Origin: Oopsacas minuta
Taxonomy: Eukaryota; Animalia; Porifera
Direction of reading: 5' to 3'
Length of the DNA stretch: 64,000 nt
NCBI GenBank assembly: GCA_024704765.1
Contig: JAKMXF010000110.1
Location: 124,001 to 188,000 of the forward strand
The notes below the pieces were generated by a model. The model was given only the letters and a program-made list of their open reading frames with translations. It was not told the origin of the DNA and ran no database searches. Positions 46,452 to 57,857 of this stretch are shown here, piece by piece; positions within the stretch are counted from its first letter, which is position 1, and every line of letters starts with the position of its first letter. The position numbers were made by a program, and so were the translations under genes.

Positions 46452-47409
46452 ACTTGACTAAGATACAGAAGAAGCCTATATGCCAAATGTGTTGTATTGT
46501 CTCATTGGTATATTGATATGAATAGAATTGAAGCCATCATCTATAAAGTGTCAATATCATTGTGACAAACTTGAGCTATTATATTATATTCAGACATCTG
46601 TATAATCTGGACCACCTCTATAATCCTACAATGTATCTGACCTGAAATATTCATTTCTGATCACAAATTCACTTGCTTAAGACAACAATTTGCTAATTAG
46701 ACAATATCCCAACGTATGTCAGCATATTAAAATGAATTAACTATATTAAAGTAGAAGATGTGTCAAATGACAGGATGTAAATTACTCAATTAAGGTAATT
46801 ACAGTATTAACTCTATTGATAATAGTTAAACTCAGACGTACCATTAAAATTATTAATTAGAATGACTCATTCATAAATACATTATAGTAACTCCAGTTGC
46901 TAAGTTGTAACTCATTATAATCAGTAATTTAGAATGACTCATTCACAATGCAATATTATCATTACTAGTCTATCTATATATACCCACATGAAAATGGGAA
47001 AATATTCAAAAGCTCCTCTTCTACATACACAGCATAAAACTACAACTAAACTGAACTCTTAATCAATTAGAAGTCCTCCTATTCCTACAAGCTAGCCAAC
47101 AGGTAACGATTATATATATTATATGAGCGCGCTTCGCTTGCTCGTGCTACGCGGTTGTGAACAATTCTTGTCCACACTCAGGCCTACGGCTCTCGGCTAC
47201 ATAAACTCATAATCTTAACCGTACCAAACATGATACTGCCATAATCTCAAATCTGCTGAATTTATGAGCCCTAAAGTGTACAAATATTTATGAAATGTTG
47301 TTTACAATATCAAATTTGGACTCAGCATACTCTCTTACCTCAGTATAACCATTGTGAGCATGCTTCTACCACTATATATCCATAAAAACATTACATATGA
47401 GAAACTTGA
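46452..47409 (+). repeat. ~960-bp segment duplicated at 55676-56657
   Basis: Near-identical from acttgactaagatacagaagaagcc to catatgagaaacttga, with small indels. Confidence 0.95.
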
Positions 47410-47886
47410 AATTCAGAAAATCGGATTCAGCGTACTTAGTTACTCCTGGTCTAGCCGACAGACTGGGAGTGCGGCTAACGAGTCTTGGCCAATACATTTT
47501 GAATATGTGTAAAAGGTGCGAAATTATGATTAATCGTTGATAAATCATGTAGTGATAAATATAAGATATTAAAATTGGAATCTCTATACTTGATTGGCCC
47601 TTCTAGCGGTTGAAACGAAATATCAAGCAGTATTTTGTGATAAATGCAAAAAGGTGTGAAAATATGATTAATCATCAAAAGGTGTGAACAATTCACTTAA
47701 AAAAATTCATACCCGAGGTGCAAATCTACTACCCAGAATGTATATATATATATATATACCAATTTTTATGTTAATCGGATTACTAGATTTCGTGACCATG
47801 CTGACGTCGAACATCGTCCAGGCCATTAGGGTACCTCCCTATAGGAGCAAAAAGGCGAGTCTCACAACTTATCTTACACATGTAAT

Positions 47887-48001
47887 CAGTGGCGACGCTA
47901 GCCAACTGCTACAGGTGGGTCACAAGTAATTAAAATGGGGCATACTAACATTAAGAGGTGGGGCACAGGCCCTACCTGGTCCCACCCTCGAGCCGCCTCC
48001 G
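47887..48001. mobile_element. Small hAT-like MITE just upstream of the GIMAP-Hint gene
   Basis: Imperfect TIRs cagtggcgacgctag / ctcgagccgcctccg (10/15) and an 8-bp flanking duplication catgtaat / aatgtaat (7/8). Confidence 0.55.
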
Positions 48002-48114
48002 AATGTAATGGGCATGCATAACAACCGACCTGTTGTCGTTGTTTATGTCAATCATGTGCATTCTCGGAAATACTAACTCTGACCACAGTACATTTATACT
48101 TATGAAATTTAGTA

Positions 48115-50790
48115 ATGGCTTCACAAAATCCAGAACAGGCACAAACTTTGAGCAAAAAGGAAAAAGAATTCTATGATAAATTCCAAGAATATTCAGGGTA
48201 TAAGAGATCGATATTCATGATCGGAATTACTGGAGCAGGGAAAAGTACATTCTGTAACTTTCTAGCAAATGATAAGTTATTTGATGAAGGATGTGGTTTC
48301 ATTTCTAAGACACAACAAGCAGGTGCTTGCAAATTTAGCTTCAATTCAGAAGATGTACTCATTATAGATTGTCCAGGATTTTGTGATTCTAAGCGTTCTC
48401 CTGAGGATATTCAAGATGAACTTTGCAGAGTGGGAGTGATGGCAAAGGACGGAACTGATGCTGTTGCCATTGTGGTCAATTCAATGGAGAGGTTCAGCGA
48501 TAATCATAGAAACGTGCTTAACCAGCTTGAATTTCTAGGCGGATCTTTGTGGGAACACGCATTCTTAGTTTTCACTAGAGAATCTAAATTAATAAAAGAA
48601 TTCGAAGTGGGAAGAGGCGAAGAGTATATTGAACTGATAAGTGCGGACAAAAATTGTCCACCAATCTTGTCAGAATGGTTGAAAAAGGCGAACAGACGTT
48701 ATGTTTGTGTTGAAAGCAAAAAGAAGTTTCAAAATGAAGCATACAGGGACGAAAAATGTAACAAGATCTTCGAACTAATGGATGATATTCGTATAACAAC
48801 AAACAATACGAGATACAACAATTCTATGATGAAACAAGGGGCTAGTTTCTTCAGACAAATTGCCGAAGCAAGAAGAAAAGAAGACGGAATGCAAAAATTA
48901 GCGATACAAATGGAGCATCAGAAGAATGAAGATAAGAAAATCATAGAAGAGGCACAAAGAAAACTAGAAGAAACACAAAAATCAGCAAATGAAAAAAATG
49001 AGAGAGACATGATGGTGATCGGACAAAAACAAAATGAAATTATGGAAATGAATAGAAAAATGGAGCATGAGAGGAAGGAAAATAAGAAAATCACAGAAGA
49101 TGCACAAAGAAAACTAGAAGATGCACAAAGAAAACTAGAAGAAACACAAAAAGCAGCAAATGAAAAACATGAGAGAGACATGATGATGAACGAACAAAAA
49201 CAAAATGAAATTATGGAAATGAATAGAAAAATGGAGATGAATAGGATAGAAAGTGAGATGCAGCAGTATAAATTACGAGTTGAAAAGCTAGAATGTGAGC
49301 GGTTACAAGAAATTGAAATTCGAAAATTGAAAGAGTCGTCCAGGGAAGCTGCTGAATCTGTATCTGGAAATGAGAGCAGTTCTTGTTTTTCTCATCAAAC
49401 AAAGATCATGCTTTCAACAGGAGAACTGAGCGATATTATCAATATTAAATCAGGTGATATAGTATTTACACCTAATGGTTCTAGGAAAGTTGCTGTCCTC
49501 TCAATGATCAAGAGATACAACGATAAAATCTACACCATTGATAACAGAGATTTCCAATTTAACAAGTTTCATCCTTTCGTCGCTTATCAAACAACAAACA
49601 CTGAACAGACATCTTTTGCTGTTATTGACGTCAATGAGTTCATTAACTTCATGCCTACCATGGCAGCAAGAAACATAAAGAGCCTATATGCAAGAGACAC
49701 TAAGTTATCTGGATATTCTAAGCAAGGTCTGTGTCCTATCCCAATTCAATCAATTTCAAAGAGTGAAGAAGATTTATCTTCCGAGTACGATATCCTTTAT
49801 GATGTCATTCTAGAACCAAACGGAACAGGAATTAACGAGTATTTTGCTGGAGATGTCAATCAGGTATTTCTCGTATCTTCCGAAATATCAATGTATACGC
49901 TAGAATCCGAACGTAAAATCATGCCGGCTCATATAACAATTCTTTCTATCATAAACAAAATATCACAACAACAAGCTGTGTATTCAAGTAAGATGCTCAA
50001 TACAGAGAATGACGTAATAAACTTCTTCGAAAACGAAATTATCCAAGATGATGGAATAAGTCTACTGACAGAGGCATCATTGAAAATGTCACATTTTCAA
50101 TCACTCAATCTCACAAGCATTCCTGTCACAATAAAAGAAATTGAAAAACATCTAAAGCAAACTCTAAGTTTCTTTGCAGAACCAAAACCTATAGCTGTAA
50201 CAACTTTGTCTCTGATTTATGAGGATTTTCAAACACTTATCGGTCCACTTCACACAATGATCAAGTTGGGATGGAGGGAATACACGCCTGCAGGGGAAAG
50301 AGAGCAATTGTCAGTAGGAATAGCAGATATTGCATTCATCAGCGAAGAATGTTTCTCTTTGCCAATTGAAATTATGTTAACTAAAAATACAGATGAAGTA
50401 CCGTACATGATGCAAGAAAGGGAGAATAACCAAAATGCAAGAATAAGACAAATAGTTGACACAATATATATCCCATTCGATGAAACACGTGATGACAAGC
50501 TATACTTGGTTGTGAAGGAGAAAAACACTCCAAATATTATCGCTAGGAAGTGCATCATACTTAATCCAAATAAAGTCTATGATTACAGATTGTTGAAATT
50601 ATTCTCATGTGATCATTTCAACATTTCGGAAGTAAGAGTTAACCTGGACATCAGGACTGTGTCTAACAAGCAAATGAAGAGGGAAATAACAGCAAAACAG
50701 GAATGGAACGAAGATCTTGAATTAGATTTCGCAGAGAGATTCGCTTCAAAGATAGTTGACTGCTTGGTGCAGAAAGTGAAGGCTCTGTGA
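48115..50790 (+). CDS. AIG1/GIMAP-family GTPase + coiled coil + intein-like Hint domain + uncharacterised, possibly C2-like C-terminal region; 891 aa, single exon
   Basis: G1 GITGAGKST, G2 SKT, G3 DCPG, G4 VFTRE. Coiled coil ~aa 250-420. Hint: S|C424FSHQTKIMLSTGELSDIINIKSGDIV, block B NKFH486PF, block F LYD563VIL, EYFAG, ending FLVSS589E. Confidence 0.88.
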   Translation: MASQNPEQAQTLSKKEKEFYDKFQEYSGYKRSIFMIGITGAGKSTFCNFLANDKLFDEGCGFISKTQQAGACKFSFNSEDVLIIDCPGFCDSKRSPEDIQDELCRVGVMAKDGTDAVAIVVNSMERFSDNHRNVLNQLEFLGGSLWEHAFLVFTRESKLIKEFEVGRGEEYIELISADKNCPPILSEWLKKANRRYVCVESKKKFQNEAYRDEKCNKIFELMDDIRITTNNTRYNNSMMKQGASFFRQIAEARRKEDGMQKLAIQMEHQKNEDKKIIEEAQRKLEETQKSANEKNERDMMVIGQKQNEIMEMNRKMEHERKENKKITEDAQRKLEDAQRKLEETQKAANEKHERDMMMNEQKQNEIMEMNRKMEMNRIESEMQQYKLRVEKLECERLQEIEIRKLKESSREAAESVSGNESSSCFSHQTKIMLSTGELSDIINIKSGDIVFTPNGSRKVAVLSMIKRYNDKIYTIDNRDFQFNKFHPFVAYQTTNTEQTSFAVIDVNEFINFMPTMAARNIKSLYARDTKLSGYSKQGLCPIPIQSISKSEEDLSSEYDILYDVILEPNGTGINEYFAGDVNQVFLVSSEISMYTLESERKIMPAHITILSIINKISQQQAVYSSKMLNTENDVINFFENEIIQDDGISLLTEASLKMSHFQSLNLTSIPVTIKEIEKHLKQTLSFFAEPKPIAVTTLSLIYEDFQTLIGPLHTMIKLGWREYTPAGEREQLSVGIADIAFISEECFSLPIEIMLTKNTDEVPYMMQERENNQNARIRQIVDTIYIPFDETRDDKLYLVVKEKNTPNIIARKCIILNPNKVYDYRLLKLFSCDHFNISEVRVNLDIRTVSNKQMKREITAKQEWNEDLELDFAERFASKIVDCLVQKVKAL

Positions 50791-51500
50791 CAACATTAAT
50801 CATATAGGCCCTTAGTTATCGGTTATTAGTTCTAGCCCTGTTGTTCGTAGTAAGTTTATACGCATTGAGCAACTAATAGTATAGACATCATTAGTTCCCT
50901 AGTTTGTATGTAGGTTATTAGTTTAGGCTCTGTAAAGTGTGCTTTTGTTGACATTTCATTAAAGAATCTCTCAAAACATGATTATTTAGGAGTAAATCAT
51001 GGGTTAATTCAATATGTAGCGGGGTTTCATACAGGCTTTGGATTCACCCTAAGGAAAATCTTCCCCCCAGGTGTGTAAAACTGTAAATACGTGTATCAAT
51101 AAGAATCTTGGGTACAGCCAGAACTCAATACTAAATAATCATTCGATTCAGGAATCTTGATATTCTTCCCACCCAGAAAAAATTCTCTACACAACCTTGT
51201 GTAATACCTGCTCATGACTTTGGATGTAAAATATTGTATTTTCAGTACGCCAACATAAATCAAAGAGCAGGATAGTCCTAATACTACAAAATCGTACATT
51301 CATGGGAACTCAAATATGCTAAATTGTCAGCTCACATTTACGACCAAAAATTATTAAAAAGTCATAAAGCAAATAATGCAGAGAAATATGATTAATAGAA
51401 AAAGATTATTCATAAATAGATGAGTAATTTTAAATGTAGAAATAATAGAGACAATGTATATATAATTAAGGGCAAGATTCACTTGTATTATAAAGAAGGA

Positions 51501-52466
51501 ATGGGATGTGTATATGGAACGCAGATTGGAGCAGGATTGCCAGTTGGAACAAATTCAGAAACTCGACAAATTCAAAACATAAATAATGACTTTCTAAACC
51601 ACAAATATCGTAATCCCTCTAAGGATTATGACTTGAGTGATGATACAGATGATGGGTATAAGTATCTGAGAGGAGGTTATCCATACTATCCGCCTTATGG
51701 ATGTGAGACAATAGTAATTAAGGTTATAAAGAAGTACAGTGATGACGTCTGGTTAGGACAAAATGGCAATCGTGGTACATACTTAACCATGCCATCAAGT
51801 AAAGACACGATTCGACAGTTGAAAGTACTCATCCAACAAAAATTAGGAGTAAAACCAGAGAATCAGTGCTTAAGGTACCAAGGCATACTAGTAGAAGATA
51901 CAAACACTCTAGAAAGTTATAATATAACTGACTATTCGATTATTACAGTATTCGTTGGAACTCAAGGCAGTTCAATAGAACAAAACTTGATTGATTCTAT
52001 ATATTTGGATCCTTATTGGGATCGTGACTACACAAACTTAACAGGTGAGCATATTAAGCGTATGAGAGGAGGATATCCATACTATAGACCTTGTGGATGG
52101 AAGAGAATAGCTATTAAAGTGACAGGGAAGTATTCTGATGACAAATGGCTGGGACACACTGGTGCAGAAGGTGAATGGGCAGTATCATACCATGGAACGA
52201 AAAAAGGTGCGTTTGACAATATTTGTACCCAAGGGTATAAAGTAGGAACAAGAGCGGTATATGGTAGAGGTGTTTACTCATCTCCTGATATTAATGTGGC
52301 CAAAGGTTATGCAAAACAATTTCTAATTAATGGAGTTACATATTTGGGAATATTTCAGAACCGAGTAAACCCAAAAGGTGTGAATATAGTGAATGATGGA
52401 GAGTTCTGGGTATGTCCAGATCCAAATGATATCAGGCCGTATGGTTTATGTGTGAAAAGATGTTAG
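51501..52466 (+). CDS. UBL-ART copy 1: MGC N-terminus, partial ART-like segment, ubiquitin-like domain, NEURL4/PARP-like ART domain; ATG 51501
   Basis: UBL: IRQLKVLIQQKLGVKPENQCLRYQGILVEDTNTLESYNI. ART: RPCGWKRIAIKV, WAVSYHGT, GRGVYSSP, AKGYA, FQNRVNP, GEFWV, DIRPYGL. Confidence 0.85.
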   Translation: MGCVYGTQIGAGLPVGTNSETRQIQNINNDFLNHKYRNPSKDYDLSDDTDDGYKYLRGGYPYYPPYGCETIVIKVIKKYSDDVWLGQNGNRGTYLTMPSSKDTIRQLKVLIQQKLGVKPENQCLRYQGILVEDTNTLESYNITDYSIITVFVGTQGSSIEQNLIDSIYLDPYWDRDYTNLTGEHIKRMRGGYPYYRPCGWKRIAIKVTGKYSDDKWLGHTGAEGEWAVSYHGTKKGAFDNICTQGYKVGTRAVYGRGVYSSPDINVAKGYAKQFLINGVTYLGIFQNRVNPKGVNIVNDGEFWVCPDPNDIRPYGLCVKRC

Positions 52467-53611
52467 TGTTACTTCCTTTGAGACAATCTTAGAGTTGTAT
52501 AATAGTTTGTGTGTCTCAAATAAGTTTCTATAATTGTGAATTGTATATTTCGTATATTAAAATACGTAAGTAATCATTTGGCTGTAAATTTCCCACGGTC
52601 CATCTAAAGTATATCAGCAGCCTGGGTCAAAAGCATTAGCATAATGTACACACTTAATAGATAGGAATATAAAGAAAGATCTTTGCTGAGATTAGTTCAT
52701 TGTAAATGTTTAATAAGTAGATTATCTAGTAATGTTAATCAAGTAAATGACTATCAAAAGAGATTATGTAATCTCCAATACAAATTGTAGAGAGTATATG
52801 TGATGTTTCTAATGTAAATATAATCTTTCAAAAATAGAATAAATCATTGAATTTCAAAAATTGCGCAAAAAGTACGAACTGATCAACTTCGAAACGAACT
52901 TGACCCGAAGCAGTCCCAAAGATGATAAAACTATTTATTCTCATCTTTTTTGGATGATAACTTAGGATTGATAGCTGTTGCTTTAAGCTAGATGACAAAC
53001 ACAGAATTGTAACCAAGACAAAACATGAAAATATGCAAAGGGAAGTTAGACCGGATAAAGTTGACTTCAGAGGAGAGGTAAATATAACTCAATTAATTGA
53101 GCAGAGTTGGGAAGAGAGAAATATTTAGAAAGAGGATATGTGCCGTTGTTACGGAAAATATACAAAATTAATTCATCAGATATATTAAATAACGCAGAGG
53201 ATATTAATAATACAAAATGATAACTCATTTATGAGATGAGTCATCTTAAATACTAATATGGCAATAGTGGAGAGTATATATATATATATATATATATAAT
53301 CAAGAGGCCAAATTACAAAAACGAAGCTGGAAAAATACTTGAGAAATAAATTCATCTTCAATCCAAACGTGAGTTCGTACAATGGTTGTTTCAATCTGTA
53401 TTGCTTAGCTAAATAAACGCGACAATCAACGAAATGTGGCAAAAGCGGTTACTTCTAATGATGCTGCATCTTGGAAGTTTACTTGTACATTCTAGATATG
53501 TTTAGGACTTTAGGTAATAGAGGATTGCCGTAAATATGATAGCAATACAATAGAGGCAACATAAATATTAGGTGAATAATCAAACTGTTGTTGTATTTCA
53601 GGACAAAGATC

Positions 53612-54697
53612 ATGGGATGTGTATATGGAAAGCAGAATGGAGCAGTTGGAGTGCAGGTTGGAGCAAATTCAGGAGCTCCACAAATCCCAAACTATAAGCA
53701 AAACACCCTAGACTCCAACATGGGCGTAGCTAAGGGGTTGCTAGGAGTTGCTGGCAACCCTAGCGTTACTGTCAGCTACCCCAGTTGGAACATCATCAAA
53801 GAGGAATTGCAAGCTACGCATCTAGACTCCAAATATCGTGATCCCCCTAAGGATGATGACCTGAGTGATGATACAGATGATGGGTATAAGTATCTGAGAG
53901 GAGGTCATCCATACTCTCTGCCTTATGTGTGTGAGAGAATAGGAATTAAGGTTATAGAGAATTACAGTGATGATGTCTGGTTAGGACAAAATGGCAATCG
54001 TAATACATACTTAACTATGCCATCAAGTAAAGACACGATTCGACAGTTGAAAGTACTCATCCAACAAAAATTGGGAGTAAACACACAGAATCAGTGCTTA
54101 AGGTACCAAGGCATACTATTAGAAAATACAAACACTCTAAAAAGTTATAATATAACTAACAATTCGACGATTAGATTGTTCATCATTGGAACTCAAGGCG
54201 GTTCAATAGAACAAAACTTGATTGATTCTATATATTTGGATCCTCATTGGGATCGTGACTACACTAACTTAACAGGTGAGCATATTAAGCAAATGAGAGG
54301 AGGATATCAATACTATAGACCTTGTGGATGGAAGAGAATAGCTATTAAAGTGTTAGGGAAGTATTCTGATGACAAATGGCTGGGACGCACTGGTGCAGAA
54401 GGTGAATGGGCAGTAACCTACCATGGAACGAAACAGCCAGTATTTGAAAAGATTTGTGAAGAAGGGTATAAAGTAGGACCAGGAGCGAAATTTGGCAGAG
54501 GTGTTTACTCATCTCCTGATATTAATTTGGCCAAATTTTATGCAACACAATTTCTAATTAATGGAGTTAAATATTTGGGAATATTTCAGAACAGAGTAAA
54601 CCCAAAAGGTGTGAAAATAGAGTATGCTGGAAAGTACTGGGTATGTCCAGATCCAAATGACATCAGGCCGTATGGTCTATGTGTGAAAAGATGTTAG
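53612..54697 (+). CDS. UBL-ART copy 2 (MGC N-terminus); ATG 53612
   Basis: Same architecture as copy 1; UBL ends TQGG; ART has YHGT, GVYSSP, GKYWV. Confidence 0.85.
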   Translation: MGCVYGKQNGAVGVQVGANSGAPQIPNYKQNTLDSNMGVAKGLLGVAGNPSVTVSYPSWNIIKEELQATHLDSKYRDPPKDDDLSDDTDDGYKYLRGGHPYSLPYVCERIGIKVIENYSDDVWLGQNGNRNTYLTMPSSKDTIRQLKVLIQQKLGVNTQNQCLRYQGILLENTNTLKSYNITNNSTIRLFIIGTQGGSIEQNLIDSIYLDPHWDRDYTNLTGEHIKQMRGGYQYYRPCGWKRIAIKVLGKYSDDKWLGRTGAEGEWAVTYHGTKQPVFEKICEEGYKVGPGAKFGRGVYSSPDINLAKFYATQFLINGVKYLGIFQNRVNPKGVKIEYAGKYWVCPDPNDIRPYGLCVKRC

Positions 54698-55675
54698 TGT
54701 TACTTCCTTTGAGACAATCTTTACTGAGATTAGTTCATTATAAATGTTTAATATGTAGATTATCTAGTAATGTTAATCAATTCAATGACTATCAAAAGAG
54801 ATTATGTAATCTTCAATACAAATTGTAGAGAGATGATGTAATAAGAAATTAAGATATTAACTATAAATTTATCCAAAAAAGATAAGAATAAATAATAGTT
54901 TCATCATCTTTGAGACTGCTCGGGTCAGGTTTGGGTTCGAAGTTGATCAGTTCGTACTTTTTGCTCAATTTTTGAAATTAAATGATTCATTCTATTTTTG
55001 AAAGATTATATTTACATTAGAAACATCACATGGAACTTTAATGAAATGACCTCAAAAGGACTTTGACGAGATAAATATAAAACTTGTCCAAAGAAAAACT
55101 TGTTTAACTAATCTATATTATTAAATCTAAATTAATGTTTGTCCGTTTCTAAGCAAAGGATTTACGGTATGCAATTTTGAAATTCTTGCACAACTATGTA
55201 TTAATCATGTTTATCAAGGAAGTAAATATAATTCAACAAAACTTCACTAAATATGTCGAACATACAGAATCCGATTTTCACACTTTTGGATTACTCATAT
55301 CTAAATGAAAGTTGTTTTTATGAATATAAAGTAAACAAATTCGCCAAATATCAACATATATATACAGGTTTGCCCTCAACGGCTACAAATGGGGTTGATC
55401 TTACAAAATACATTCAAGAATATATATGACATATACGTACATTGTTTTGTATATCTATATTATAATTCTCAAGGGGGCCGTCAATGTGAAGAATAATGGA
55501 AACCTCGAGGCGCAATGCGCCGAGTTCATCGCAAAGAGACGAGCCAAAGGCTCGTATTAGTGAAAATGCCAACAAAACATATATTTCAGAGGAATTTCGG
55601 AGAATATATACATTGATTTACACTTCGGGTTCGGGTCGGGTCGGGTTCTGAAAAGTGGACCAAATTCCAACTCTG

Positions 55676-56657
55676 ACTTGACTAAGATACAGAAGAAGCC
55701 TATATGCCAAATGTGTTGTATTGTCTCATTGGTATATTGATATGAATAGAATTGAAGCCATCATCTATAAAGTGTCAATATCATTGTGACAAACTTAAGC
55801 TATTATATTATATTATATTCAGACATCTGTATAATCTGGACCACCTCTATAATCCTACAATGTATCTGACCTGAAATATTCATTTCTGATCACAAATTCA
55901 CTTGCTTAAGACAACAATTTGCTAATTAGACAATATCCCAACGTATGTCAGCATATTAAAATGAATTAACTATATTAAAGTAGAAGATGTGTCAAATGAC
56001 AGGATGTAAATTACTCAATTAAGGTAATTACAGTATTAACTCTATTGATAATAGTTAAACTCAGACGTACCATTAAAATTATTAATTAGAATGACTCATT
56101 CATAAATACATTATAGTAACTCCAGTTGCTAAGTTGTAACTCATTATAATCAGTAATTTAGAATGACTCATTCACAATGCAATATTATCATTACTAGTCT
56201 ATCTATATATACCCACATGAAAATGGGAAAATATTCAAAAGCTCCTCTTCTACATACACAGCATAAAACTACAACTAAACTGAACTCTTAATCAATTAGA
56301 AGTCCTCCTATTCCTACAAGCTAGCCAACAGGTAACGATTATATATATTATATGAGTGCCCTTCGCTTACTCGCGCTACGCGGCTGTGAACAATTCTTGC
56401 CCACACTCGGGCCTACGGCCCTCGACCACATAAACTCATAATCTTAACCGTAGCAAACATGATACTGCCATCATCTCAAATCTGCTGAATTTATGAGCCC
56501 TAAAGTGTACAAATATTTATGAAATGTTGTTTACAATATCATATTTGGACTCAGCATACTCTCTTACCTCAGTATAACCATTGTGAGCATGTTTACACCT
56601 ATATTTTGAAATTTGTTTACTTTATATCCATAAAAACATTACATATGAGAAACTTGA
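55676..56657 (+). repeat. Second copy of the 46452-47409 segment, inserted into the UBL-ART array
   Basis: Direct sequence match; fused at its right end to a UBL-ART 3' relic. Confidence 0.95.
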
Positions 56658-56930
56658 TCAGGCCGTATGGTCTATGTGTGAAAAGATGTTAGTGTTACTT
56701 CCTTTGAGACAATCTTAGAGTTGTATAATAGTTTGTGTGCTCAAATAAATTTCTATAATTGTGAATTGTATATTTTGTATATTAAAATACGTAAGTAATT
56801 ATTTGGCTGTAAATTTCCCACGGATAATCTAAAGCATATCAGCAGCCTGGGTCAAAAGCATTAGCATAATGTACACACTTAATTAGGTAGGAATATAAAG
56901 AAAGATCTTTAATGAGATTAGTTCATTGTA
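56657..56930 (+). pseudogene. 3' relic of a sixth UBL-ART copy (last codons IRPYGLCVKRC* plus downstream flank)
   Basis: atcaggccgtatggtctatgtgtgaaaagatgttagtgttacttcctttgagacaatc matches the ends of copies 1 and 2; the flank matches those after copies 1 and 5. Confidence 0.88.
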
Positions 56931-57857
56931 ATAAATAATAGTTTTCTGATGTTTGGGATTACTTACTAATATACTACTATTAAAGAGGTACAAATACTAA
57001 TAATCAATTTACTAGCAAAATTTTTGGGAACTAAATTGCATGTAAAACGTTTGATATACTTTCTACTTATAACTAGTAAAATGATGAAAATTGGAATTTG
57101 TAATTAGGCCTCTAATCGTTAAATTAAATGGTCACTCACGATACAGGTAGGGAGTGAGTAACACAAGAATGTCTTAGAAAATTCCATTCGCAAGTTTTGT
57201 CTTTCAACACTTAGTTATATTCAAATTTTGGAACAGTACAGTTGTCGCCACAGGCTTGTATGTAAATAGGGATTTGCAGAAAATCTGATGTATTTATTAC
57301 ATTAAAAAACGTACTCAATTAGACAAAAACAAATTAGGAAAGTGCTCATGGCTTGTGCAGATCCAGATGATAACTTAGGGGGTTGAATACTTGAAGTGAG
57401 TTATTCTATTCCAATTTGTTGTGAATTTGAACAAATGGTTGAGTTATATAGAATGAGTTGAATTCATATATTTTAAAAATAACAAAAGACAGGGATCTAT
57501 CAAAAGTAGTTAGAGCAGTAGTATTTAGTAATTATTAGTTCAATTAGTCAAGTATTGGACATTGTCACATTACACAAGCATATTTTTGAATATTGAAATT
57601 ACCACCATTTCTAAAAAGTATGCCATATTATCATATTCATGCCACTCATAGGTAAACCTCTATTTGTGTCTAATAGCGAATTTAGGTTAAATTTAACCAT
57701 CCAAACTATGAGTAGTAAGTATGACATATATATATATATATATATTAAGCTTTTAGGAAAGTGCTCATGGCTTGTGCAGATCCAGATGAGAATCTAGCAT
57801 TGGTAGCTGCTGCCCCAAGCTCGATGACAAACAGAGAAATTGTAACCAAGACTAAAG

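Noticed and set aside
47116-47200. Clusters of tiny GC stem-loops (gcgcttcgc, ggcctacggc; also 55505-55560, 56355-56425)
   Set aside because: They resemble relics of non-autonomous DNA elements common in invertebrate genomes; no termini or family can be defined, and no ncRNA is supported.
52452-52466. C-terminal CVKRC*/CLKRC*/CVKKC* as a prenylation signal
   Set aside because: Does not match CaaX, CC or CxC.
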